This document shows positions 56,358-64,000 of a DNA stretch of 64,000 nucleotides, one piece after another. The stretch covers positions 4,797-68,796 of the forward strand of contig JBGVNP010000115.1 of assembly GCA_045125655.1 (NCBI GenBank), in the 5' to 3' direction. A program made the position numbers and the translations under genes. How positions within the stretch are numbered: the first letter of the stretch is position 1; the number at the start of each line of letters is the position of its first letter. The notes beneath the pieces were generated by a model, which worked only from the letters and a program-made list of their open reading frames with translations, was not told where the DNA came from and ran no database searches. The DNA comes from Eubacteriales bacterium. Its GTDB lineage: Bacteria; Bacillota; Clostridia; Oscillospirales; CAG-272.

Positions 56358-57938
56358 TTAGGGTCTATATTTTTTCATAATTTCAAGAGCTACCTTGATA
56401 CCGTCAATCGCGGAGCTCATAATTCCGCCCGCATATCCTGCTCCCTCGCCGCAAGGATATATGCGCGGATCGGAGAGTGATGCAAGCTGATCGTTTCTCA
56501 TAATTCTGATAGGGGCAGAGGTTCTTGTTTCGATTCCCGTAACAACGGCATCTTCAACCGCAAAGCCCTTTATTTTTTTATCAAACGAAACAAATCCCTC
56601 TTTAAGACGGGTTGCTACGTAATCGGGTAATATTTCATTAATATCCGTCACTGTGGTGCCGTTAGCATACGTTGGCAATATTCTCGACGGGTCGTGCTTA
56701 GCTTCTCCCTTCAAAAAATCACCCATAAGTTGAATCGGTGCAAAATAATTGCTACCGCCTGCAATATATGCTCTTTTTTCAAGATTCTCTTGAAATTCTA
56801 TTGCTCCCACGGGAGTATTCCCATAGTCGCTTGTAAAAATTGAAACGTTAACGGCACAGTTGGAATTTTTGCCGTCGCGTGCAAATTTGCTCATTCCATT
56901 AACACAAACGCCACATTCTTGAGAGGTAGCAGGAACGACCTCACCGCCCGGACACATACAAAAGGTATACACACCTCTTTGCTTTGTCGTGTCGGAAAGG
57001 TTATATTCACCTGCACCAAGCTTTTCGTGTCCTGCAAATTTGCCATAAAGTGCGTTATCAATGTCATTCTTAAGATGTTCAACTCTGACACCCACTGAAT
57101 ACGGCTTGGGCTCAACAACAAATCCCTTTGAAAGAAGCATTCTGTAAGTATCTCTTGCACTATGACCAAGTGCTAAAACAAGGCTTTGAGTATTGAAATC
57201 GCCCTTTGTTGTATTTATTTTGATAGAATCGGAGAGCTGTGTCAAATCATCCATTCGACATCTATAAACAACCTCTCCGCCAAGTTCTTCTATTCTTGCA
57301 AGAATATTGTCAACAACCTTAGTAAGAACGTCAGTACCTATGTGGGGTTTGGCTTTTGTAAGTATTTCCTTGGGAGCTCCAAAATCAACGAACCTCGAAA
57401 GCACGTATGAGCATCTGCTATCGTTTATTCTTGTTGTGAGCTTTCCATCGGAAAAAGTACCTGCTCCGCCCGCACCGAATTGTACGTTTGAATCGGTATC
57501 TAAAACGCCTGTTTTTACAAATCGATCGAGTGCCAATGTTCTATCGGTAACATTATCTCCCCTATCAATTATTATTGGGCAATACCCATTCTCGGCAAGA
57601 AGCAGTGCACAAAACATACCCGCAGGTCCCATTCCGACAACAATCGGCTTGGAGGTCATCTGCTCAGTTCCGTATTTCACACCAATCGCGTCATCTTCAA
57701 GGATCTTTATATCTTTATTGGGAGTGATTTCAATATTCTCATCACATACTGCCAATACGCTATACACAAGGATGATACAGTTCTTATTACGAGCGTCAAT
57801 CGATTTTCTGTATATCGAATAAGTAAATCGATTATGCTTGAGCGCACATTTGGATATTACTTTCTTTGCTCGCTCTAAAGCAACTGATTCGTTTTCATCA
57901 AGTGTAAGCTTGATGTTGTTAATTAACAATTTAGTCAT
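56358..57938 (-). CDS. uncharacterised FAD-dependent protein (COG2509-like)
   Basis: VVGMGPAGMFCALLLAENG dinucleotide motif and C-terminal GEGAGYAGGI. Function unknown. Confidence 0.75.
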   Translation of the reverse strand: MTKLLINNIKLTLDENESVALERAKKVISKCALKHNRFTYSIYRKSIDARNKNCIILVYSVLAVCDENIEITPNKDIKILEDDAIGVKYGTEQMTSKPIVVGMGPAGMFCALLLAENGYCPIIIDRGDNVTDRTLALDRFVKTGVLDTDSNVQFGAGGAGTFSDGKLTTRINDSRCSYVLSRFVDFGAPKEILTKAKPHIGTDVLTKVVDNILARIEELGGEVVYRCRMDDLTQLSDSIKINTTKGDFNTQSLVLALGHSARDTYRMLLSKGFVVEPKPYSVGVRVEHLKNDIDNALYGKFAGHEKLGAGEYNLSDTTKQRGVYTFCMCPGGEVVPATSQECGVCVNGMSKFARDGKNSNCAVNVSIFTSDYGNTPVGAIEFQENLEKRAYIAGGSNYFAPIQLMGDFLKGEAKHDPSRILPTYANGTTVTDINEILPDYVATRLKEGFVSFDKKIKGFAVEDAVVTGIETRTSAPIRIMRNDQLASLSDPRIYPCGEGAGYAGGIMSSAIDGIKVALEIMKKYRP

Positions 57939-58365
57939 TTGGTACAGTTTGCGTATTGATCAGCTTTAACACTACTTCTTTACTATGAGTATGGTAATTA
58001 TCGGTCTTTTTTATAGAAAACAAAGTATCTACATCATACTCATTAAAAGCATTACGGTCTATTTCAATTTCAATTACCGAGTGGCTGTCAAGGTAGGACT
58101 GCTTGCCGTAAAACACTAATGTGATCGGCTCATAAACTATTTGTTCCTCATCGGAGCCACCAACCAGTACAAACTCTACCGCTCTTGTTCTTTCCACCAT
58201 TGGATCTGCCGCATAGTGAGCAATGCACCAAAAAATAAATGCTGCAAGTAAACAACCGAGAATAATTAAAAAGTTTACTGTTCGTGACTTTTTAGGAGCG
58301 TATTCCTCATTGCCGGTCGAAGATTCATTTTCATTAATTTCTAACATTTCCTGATTGTCTTTCAT
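57931..58365 (-). CDS. small membrane-anchored protein in the CdaR (YbbR) position, function unknown
   Basis: One TM (FLIILGCLLAAFIFWCIAHY) plus an extracytoplasmic domain of about 90 aa. ATGA overlap with cdaA. The similarity to a single YbbR repeat is only my impression. Confidence 0.45.
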   Translation of the reverse strand: MKDNQEMLEINENESSTGNEEYAPKKSRTVNFLIILGCLLAAFIFWCIAHYAADPMVERTRAVEFVLVGGSDEEQIVYEPITLVFYGKQSYLDSHSVIEIEIDRNAFNEYDVDTLFSIKKTDNYHTHSKEVVLKLINTQTVPND

Positions 58366-59285
58366 TTCGTAGCGCCCTCCTTATTCTCAGATTTGCGGAT
58401 GTTACCCTTTTTTATTCTTGGAGTTTTTTCCTCTTTTTCGGGTGTAAGGATATTAGAAAGCTCTTTCTTGAGAGATTTGTAGCTATAATTTTGCTTTAGC
58501 TCTCCGTCACAAGCAATAGAGATTCTTCCCGTTTCCTCGGATACTATGATTGCCACGGCATCACTAACCTCGGTGATTCCGATAGCAGCTCTGTGTCGAG
58601 TTCCAATATTATCATCAAGCTCATCATTAGTTGATAAGGGCAAGAAGCATCCTGCGGAGTATATTCTGTAGTTTCTAAGAATAACCGCACCGTCGTGAAG
58701 AGGAGCTTTATTATAGAACAAATTCTTAAGCAACTGTGAACTTAGCTGTGCATTAATAAACGTTCCTGTTTTTATATGCTCACCAAGTTTAGTTTCGCGT
58801 TCGATAACGATGAGCGCACCGGTCTTCTCAAGTGAAAGGTCGCAAACAGTTTTAGTAATTGTTGCAATTGAATTGGAAACGTATGAGAAGCTCTTATTAT
58901 CGTTTGAAATATGCTTGATGTTTGAAATCGGTGCATTACCGATCTTTTCAAGAGCAGAACGAAGCTCCGGCTGGAACATTATAATGATCGCTATGATACC
59001 CGCTTGATAGAAGGTTTCAAAAAACATCATTACCGCCTTCATTTCAAAGAACCAGCTAAGCACCATCACAAGCACAAGAATAACAAGCCCGAGCGCAAGA
59101 CGCGCCGCACGTTTATTTAATATAAACTTAAACAAAAAATAGAAAATAACGGCTAAGATGGCTATATCAAATACGTCATTCAGCTCAATGTGTTCAAGTC
59201 TATGGATTATGTGTAACTGAACAAAATCCACAATATTATTGAAAAAAGTTGAAAGTTGTTCAAAAAAGGTTAAATTTTGTTCCAT
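58362..59285 (-). CDS. cdaA: diadenylate cyclase CdaA
   Basis: Three N-terminal TM segments plus a DAC domain (LHDGAVIL, GTRHRAAIGITE). Start set to the ATG at 59285 after AAGGAG. Confidence 0.93.
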   Translation of the reverse strand: MEQNLTFFEQLSTFFNNIVDFVQLHIIHRLEHIELNDVFDIAILAVIFYFLFKFILNKRAARLALGLVILVLVMVLSWFFEMKAVMMFFETFYQAGIIAIIIMFQPELRSALEKIGNAPISNIKHISNDNKSFSYVSNSIATITKTVCDLSLEKTGALIVIERETKLGEHIKTGTFINAQLSSQLLKNLFYNKAPLHDGAVILRNYRIYSAGCFLPLSTNDELDDNIGTRHRAAIGITEVSDAVAIIVSEETGRISIACDGELKQNYSYKSLKKELSNILTPEKEEKTPRIKKGNIRKSENKEGATK

Positions 59286-59335
59286 ATTCCGCTCCTTTAT
59301 GTAGTAAAAATTATATAGTTTCCCATTCTCTATAT

Positions 59336-59364
59336 AGTATAACATATATATTTAGAAAATACAA
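59336..59364 (-). promoter_or_regulatory. candidate sigma-A-type promoter for cdaA
   Basis: Minus strand TTGTAT (59364-59), 17 nt, TATACT (59341-36). Confidence 0.4.
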
Positions 59365-59393
59365 ACATTTTTTAACAAAAAAATCAAAAAATT

Positions 59394-59436
59394 TCAAAAA
59401 AATATCCGCGAGCTTTGCATTCTCGCGGATATTTTA
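59394..59436 (-). terminator. intrinsic terminator after yebC
   Basis: aaatatccgcgag...ctcgcggatattt. On the minus strand it is followed by a U-run. Confidence 0.85.
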
Positions 59437-59455
59437 AAAACATTATATTTTAGAA

Positions 59456-60187
59456 TCAATCGTCACAATTTTCCCAGTTATGATATACGTTCATAACATC
59501 ATCGTGATCCTCAAGATTTTCAATGAGAAGATTCATGTATTTGATGTCATCGGGATTATCAAGAGTTACATAATTGGAAGCGATCTTGTCTTTTTCACAA
59601 GACTCAATTTCATATCCCGCTGCAACGAGTGCGTCATTTACTGCATAGAGATCGTCGGGTTCTGTATAGATTTCAAACACGTCACCGTCACTTGAAAAAT
59701 CAGAAGCTCCTGCCTCAAGAGCACATTCCATAAGAGCGTCCTCATCAGTTACGTTTTCCTTGAGAATTATAATAACACCCTGATCACTGAAAAGATAGCT
59801 AACGCAACCTGTTTGACCGAGATTTCCCTTAAATTTCGAGAAATAAGAACGAACGTCGCCTGCAGTTCTGTTTCTGTTGTCGGTAGACGCCTCCACAATT
59901 ACTGCAATTCCAGCAGGACCGTAGCCCTCATATACGATCTCCTCGTATATTGTATTGGTTTCACCAAGAGCTTTCTTGATAGTACGCTCTATATTATCGT
60001 TAGGAACATTGTTTGATTTTGCTTTTTGGATAAGGTCACGAAGCTTTGCGTTTACGGTGGGGTCGCCGCCACCTGCTTTCACGGCAATTGTGATTTCCTT
60101 ACCGATCTTTGTAAATATTTTTGCCTTTTGGGCATCGGTTTTTTCTTTTTTGTGTTTGATATTGTTCCATTTACTATGTCCGGACAT
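59456..60187 (-). CDS. yebC: YebC/PmpR family DNA-binding regulator
   Basis: MSGHSKWNNIKHKK N-terminus, 243 aa. Confidence 0.95.
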   Translation of the reverse strand: MSGHSKWNNIKHKKEKTDAQKAKIFTKIGKEITIAVKAGGGDPTVNAKLRDLIQKAKSNNVPNDNIERTIKKALGETNTIYEEIVYEGYGPAGIAVIVEASTDNRNRTAGDVRSYFSKFKGNLGQTGCVSYLFSDQGVIIILKENVTDEDALMECALEAGASDFSSDGDVFEIYTEPDDLYAVNDALVAAGYEIESCEKDKIASNYVTLDNPDDIKYMNLLIENLEDHDDVMNVYHNWENCDD

Positions 60188-60223
60188 AAATTTATTACCT
60201 CACTTTTATTTGCGTGTTTTTGA

Positions 60224-61936
60224 TTAAATCTTAGGAGTTTTCTTAAGGCAAATGAGCTCGAAGGCATTGCCGAGTACATAATTTGTTGCCTTTGTTAATG
60301 CAAGTCTTGTATTCAAAACGTCTTTTTCTTCTGCGGAAAGGATGTGGCAGTTATGATAGAAACGGTTGAATGCTGTTGCAACGTCGAGGATATATCTTGT
60401 TACGATTGAAGGTTCATAAGCTTCAAGCGCCTCAAGTACTTTTTCGGGGAATCTTGCAAGAGTTTTAACAAGCTCTCTTTCTTCATTAGCCGTAAACACA
60501 AGATTTTCGAAATTATCCATATCGCCTGCCTTTTCAAGAAGTGAGCAGGTTCTTGCATAGGTGTACTGAACGTAAGGACCTGTATTTCCATCAAAAGAAA
60601 GAGCATCCTCGAGAACGAAATTGATATCTCTAATTCTATTGCTTGAGAGATAGTAGAATACTATAGCGCCAACGCCGACTGCCTCTGCAACCTTGTCCTT
60701 ATTTTCGAGGTTGGGATTCTTTTCTTCCATAATTTCGGCAACCTTTTCAATTGCCTGAGCAAAAAGGTCCTTAAGAAGAATAACGTTACCTGTTCTTGTT
60801 GCAAGCTTTGCACCGTTAATGCTTACAGTTCCGTAAGGCACATGAACGAGCTTATCGTGCCAATCGTACTGCATAAGCTCAACCACCTTGAACCACTGTG
60901 CGAAGTGTAAGCTCTGACCTGCGCTGGTTACATAGATCGCCTTATCAAAATCATAAGTTTGTTTTCTGTAAACAGCTGCTGCAATATCACGTGTGGGATA
61001 AAGAGTTGATCCGTCGCGCTTAAGTATTAAGCAAGGAGGCATATTGTATTCCTCAAGATCAACGATGGATGCACCGTCATCAATCTTGAGAAGTCCCATA
61101 TCGCGAAGCTTTTGCACCTGTGCGGGCATTTTATCAGTATAAAAGCTCTCGCCTTTATAGCTATCAAACTCAATTCCAAGCTGAGAATACGTCTTTTTAT
61201 ATTCGGCGATACTGATTTCAATAAACCATTTCCAAAGGGCAATATCCTCTTCATCACCAAGCTCAAGCTTATGGAATTCAGCTCTGGCTTCATCATTAAG
61301 TGCAGGATCTTCCTCAGCTGCTTGGTGGAATTTAACGTAAAGCTCAACGAGCTTGTCTATTCCGCCCTCATTAATAGCATCACGATCGCCCCATTTTTTA
61401 AAAGCAACTATCATTTTACCAAACTGTGTTCCCCAGTCGCCAAGATAGTTGATGCCAACGCAATCGTATCCTACAAATTCGTGGAGCTTTTTAAGAGAAT
61501 GTCCTATAACGGTTGTTCCAAGATGTCCAATATGGAAGGGCTTTGCAACGTTGGGAGATGAATAGTCCAAAACGACCGTCTTGCCCTCACCAAAGGTAGC
61601 GGAGCCATATTTTTCTTTATTAGCAAGAATATCACCTGCAACAACCTCTGCAAGATACGAATCGCTTATTGCAAGGTTTAAATATCCGTTTACAGCTTCC
61701 ACTTTGCTAAGGAGATCGCTTTCAAGAGAAGAAGCAATTATCTGTGCTATCTGCACGGGAGAACGGCGAAGCGCCTTTGAAAGCTTAAAGCAAGGAAGCG
61801 CAAGATCACCCATAGTAGTGTCGGGAGGATATTCAAGCATTGTGGCAAGCTCTTCGGCATTAATATTTACGTCCGCAAAATTTGCCTTAAGAGCTTCCAA
61901 TATTTTTTCAGATATAGTAAGTTTAAATTTTTGCAT
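60224..61936 (-). CDS. argS: arginine--tRNA ligase
   Basis: N-terminal Arg-tRNA add-1 domain, HIGH-type PFHIGHLG, and DALR anticodon-binding C-terminus. Confidence 0.96.
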   Translation of the reverse strand: MQKFKLTISEKILEALKANFADVNINAEELATMLEYPPDTTMGDLALPCFKLSKALRRSPVQIAQIIASSLESDLLSKVEAVNGYLNLAISDSYLAEVVAGDILANKEKYGSATFGEGKTVVLDYSSPNVAKPFHIGHLGTTVIGHSLKKLHEFVGYDCVGINYLGDWGTQFGKMIVAFKKWGDRDAINEGGIDKLVELYVKFHQAAEEDPALNDEARAEFHKLELGDEEDIALWKWFIEISIAEYKKTYSQLGIEFDSYKGESFYTDKMPAQVQKLRDMGLLKIDDGASIVDLEEYNMPPCLILKRDGSTLYPTRDIAAAVYRKQTYDFDKAIYVTSAGQSLHFAQWFKVVELMQYDWHDKLVHVPYGTVSINGAKLATRTGNVILLKDLFAQAIEKVAEIMEEKNPNLENKDKVAEAVGVGAIVFYYLSSNRIRDINFVLEDALSFDGNTGPYVQYTYARTCSLLEKAGDMDNFENLVFTANEERELVKTLARFPEKVLEALEAYEPSIVTRYILDVATAFNRFYHNCHILSAEEKDVLNTRLALTKATNYVLGNAFELICLKKTPKI

Positions 61937-61965
61937 AGGTCTGCCTTTCTAAAGATATGTATTCA

Positions 61966-62424
61966 TTAGTTAACTTCGGACATCATAACCTTTATTCTTG
62001 CACCGATATTTTGTGCAAGCTCAGGATTATGAGTCACAACGAAAATAGTATCGTCACCCGCTACACAACCAAGTATTTCATCGGATTTAATGTTGTCTAT
62101 ACCGGTTGCTACTGCCTGTGCCATACCTGCATGGGTTTTGATTACGATGATATTCATAGCACAGTTTACAGAGATAATGAGGTGAGTCAATGAAGCGTTG
62201 AGTTTGTTGATATCGCTCATACTCATGGTGCTTGGGAAGGCATAATAATAGCCGTGCACACCGTCTGATATTTTGGTAAGCTTCAAATCCTTGATATCTC
62301 TTGACATTGTTGCCTGGGTGGCAGAAAAACCATTCTCTTTAAGTCTTCTAATAAGCTCATCTTGGGTATCAATCTTGTAATTTTCAACTAATTCCCTGAT
62401 TTTTTCTTGGCGTTCTTTTTTCAT
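61966..62424 (-). CDS. argR: arginine repressor
   Basis: Winged-helix N-terminus (QDELIRRLKENGFSATQATMSRDIKDL) and C-terminal GCVAGDDTIFV oligomerisation/arginine site. Confidence 0.93.
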   Translation of the reverse strand: MKKERQEKIRELVENYKIDTQDELIRRLKENGFSATQATMSRDIKDLKLTKISDGVHGYYYAFPSTMSMSDINKLNASLTHLIISVNCAMNIIVIKTHAGMAQAVATGIDNIKSDEILGCVAGDDTIFVVTHNPELAQNIGARIKVMMSEVN

Positions 62425-62449
62425 TTTTCTTCTCCTAAACGATAAAAAA

Positions 62450-63325
62450 TTAGTAATTGTTTTTCATTTTTTGGTTCAGTATATCATAAAACGAGCAATC
62501 CTTGATTCTTACAAGCTTAACTGTAAGATCGGACTTGGACACTGTAAAATATTCATCTCTGTAAATATCACAGTTCGTTTTTCCGTCAAGTGTTAAAACA
62601 AGAAGCTTTTCGCGAACGGAAACATTTTTGATAGTAAGTTTAGTTTCATCCGAAAATATCAACTGTCTTGCTATAAATGAATGGGGACAAATCGGTGTAA
62701 CGAGTGTACATTTAACCTTGGGATCAGCTATTGATCCTCCTGCACTCATTGCATAGGCGGTAGAGCCGGTTGGCGTAGAAATAATCAAACCGTCAGACCG
62801 ATATGTTGTAATCAAGCTATCCTCGGCATAAAGTTCAAGATTGATGATCTTTGAAACTCCACCGTTTGAAATGACTGCATCATTAAGAGCATAAGAGGTA
62901 TATTTAGAATGTCCTTCCTTATCAAACACCTCTACATTCATCATGCTTCGCTCGTCAATAGTATAATCTCCGTCAATAATCTTTGAAAGAGATGCAAGCT
63001 CATCCATCTCAATTTCTGCCATATAACCAAGATGACCGAGATTTATTCCAAGTATTGGCTTTCCTCGCTTTGCCATTCGTTTTGCACAGTCAAGTATCGT
63101 GCCGTCCCCACCAAGGGCAATTACAAGGTCGGCTTCATCATATAGCTTTTCAATCGGTAAGAAGTAAATGTTTCCTCTATAATTTTTCATTGCAAGAACT
63201 CTTTCCTTGCTATACTGAGAAACAAGTATCTTACAACCGAATTTCAAAAGATAATTGGTAACCTTAAGGGCTGCATTTGCCTTATCAGAAATATTAAAAT
63301 TGGTAACTATAGCTATTTTTTTCAT
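62450..63325 (-). CDS. nadK: NAD+ kinase
   Basis: GGDGT motif and TPTGSTAY. Start set to the ATG at 63325 (MKKIAIV) after GGAAGGA. Confidence 0.93.
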   Translation of the reverse strand: MKKIAIVTNFNISDKANAALKVTNYLLKFGCKILVSQYSKERVLAMKNYRGNIYFLPIEKLYDEADLVIALGGDGTILDCAKRMAKRGKPILGINLGHLGYMAEIEMDELASLSKIIDGDYTIDERSMMNVEVFDKEGHSKYTSYALNDAVISNGGVSKIINLELYAEDSLITTYRSDGLIISTPTGSTAYAMSAGGSIADPKVKCTLVTPICPHSFIARQLIFSDETKLTIKNVSVREKLLVLTLDGKTNCDIYRDEYFTVSKSDLTVKLVRIKDCSFYDILNQKMKNNY

Positions 63326-63398
63326 AATTTTTCCTTCCGATTCTGCGGCACGCGAGTATTTCCGGTTACGTGGATCGCAGAACAAGTAATTTTTAGAT

Positions 63399-64000
63399 TT
63401 ATGATTTTATAATTCTTAATATTTTGTTGTCGGGAATAAGATTAATTGGACTTTCATTTTTCTGCATCAAAATTAGAAATTCAACATTTCCACTGCCGCC
63501 CTCTATGGGTGAACGAATAATATCAATACAAGAAAATCCGCATATTGTACCGCTATCGATAACTCTGTTTATTGCCTGAAGGTGATATGCGCTCTTTTTC
63601 ACAATTCCGTGAGAGTTTAGAGCGTTTTTACCGCATTCAAATTGGGGCTTTATAAGAGATACGAAATATCCTCCATCCTTCAAGATCTGATAAACGGACC
63701 TATGTATGAATGTCTGTGAAATAAACGAAACGTCCATAACTGCAATATCGAACAATATTGGAAAATCGTCCGAGGACATATACCTCGCATTAAATTTTTC
63801 TATGGATACAACTTTTTCATCATCTACCAGCTTGGAATCAAGCTGACTGTGCCCTGAGTCAACGGCATAAACCAAATTTGCGCCACGCTGAAGCAAGCAG
63901 TCTGTAAAGCCACCGGTTGATGCGCCTATATCTATGCAATCGAGCCCCTCGACCGATATGGCAAATTCATCAAGTGCTACAGTGAGCTTTTCGCCTCCGC
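63399..64000 (-). CDS. tlyA: TlyA-family rRNA 2'-O-methyltransferase (FtsJ-like), N-terminus beyond window edge
   Basis: The frame stays open to base 64000 (..DIGASTGGFTDCLLQRGANLVYAVD..). Confidence 0.85.
   Translation of the reverse strand, partial: GGEKLTVALDEFAISVEGLDCIDIGASTGGFTDCLLQRGANLVYAVDSGHSQLDSKLVDDEKVVSIEKFNARYMSSDDFPILFDIAVMDVSFISQTFIHRSVYQILKDGGYFVSLIKPQFECGKNALNSHGIVKKSAYHLQAINRVIDSGTICGFSCIDIIRSPIEGGSGNVEFLILMQKNESPINLIPDNKILRIIKS

Noticed and set aside
61951-61968. An ARG-box-like TGAATACATATCTT directly after the argR stop.
   Set aside because: Only one half-site (TGAATA) matches the remembered TGAATwwwwATTCA palindrome. Such strings are expected by chance in AT-rich DNA.
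1-64000. CRISPR arrays, IS elements or transposases, prophage genes, toxin-antitoxin pairs, RiPP or other biosynthetic clusters, and rRNA genes.
   Set aside because: I read all intergenic gaps of about 50 bp or more and all track ORFs. I found no regularly spaced direct repeats, no terminal inverted repeats flanking an ORF, and no products of these classes. The HemZ-like radical SAM gene has no adjacent precursor peptide or modification genes.

Overview
The window is a core-chromosome segment of a low-GC, spore-forming Firmicute of the Clostridia type. The taxon is inferred from gene content and is not proven. The sporulation genes present are spoIIID, dpaAB, the yabP-yabQ-divIC block and a spoVB-like gene. 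A bile-salt-hydrolase-family gene hints at a gut origin.

About 58 protein genes, 2 tRNAs and many intrinsic terminators and sigma-A-type promoters can be read directly. Most genes are housekeeping:
- secA, mnmA, trmL, rsmA, asnA
- nrdDG, ispE, pgi, trxB, hup, mazG
- relA, recJ, dtd, cdaA, yebC
- argS, argR, nadK, tlyA

I found no CRISPR array, IS element, integrase, phage module, toxin-antitoxin pair or recognisable defence or biosynthetic island. I therefore cannot honestly claim a clear novel multi-gene system here.

The observations most worth a second look are:
1. A compact yybP-ykoY-like (Mn2+) riboswitch candidate, with its own promoter and terminator, in front of a 'Ca2+-type' P-type ATPase.
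2. A membrane-anchored surface protein made of six roughly 40-aa His/Trp/Cys repeats fused to BspA-type leucine-rich repeats.
3. A fused MacB-type ABC ATPase/permease with a very large extracytoplasmic domain, plus a co-oriented 2-TM zinc-ribbon protein.
4. A cdaA operon in which the usual cdaR/glmM partners are replaced by a short single-domain membrane protein and an uncharacterised FAD protein. It heads a 13-kb gene string with gaps of 23 nt or less that also contains relA.
5. Regulatory architecture: phased NrdR boxes on the nrdDG promoter, a perfect sigma-E-type promoter for spoIIID, and a terminator whose 3' arm is the yabP Shine-Dalgarno.

The many long antisense ORFs in the track are explained by codon bias and are rejected.
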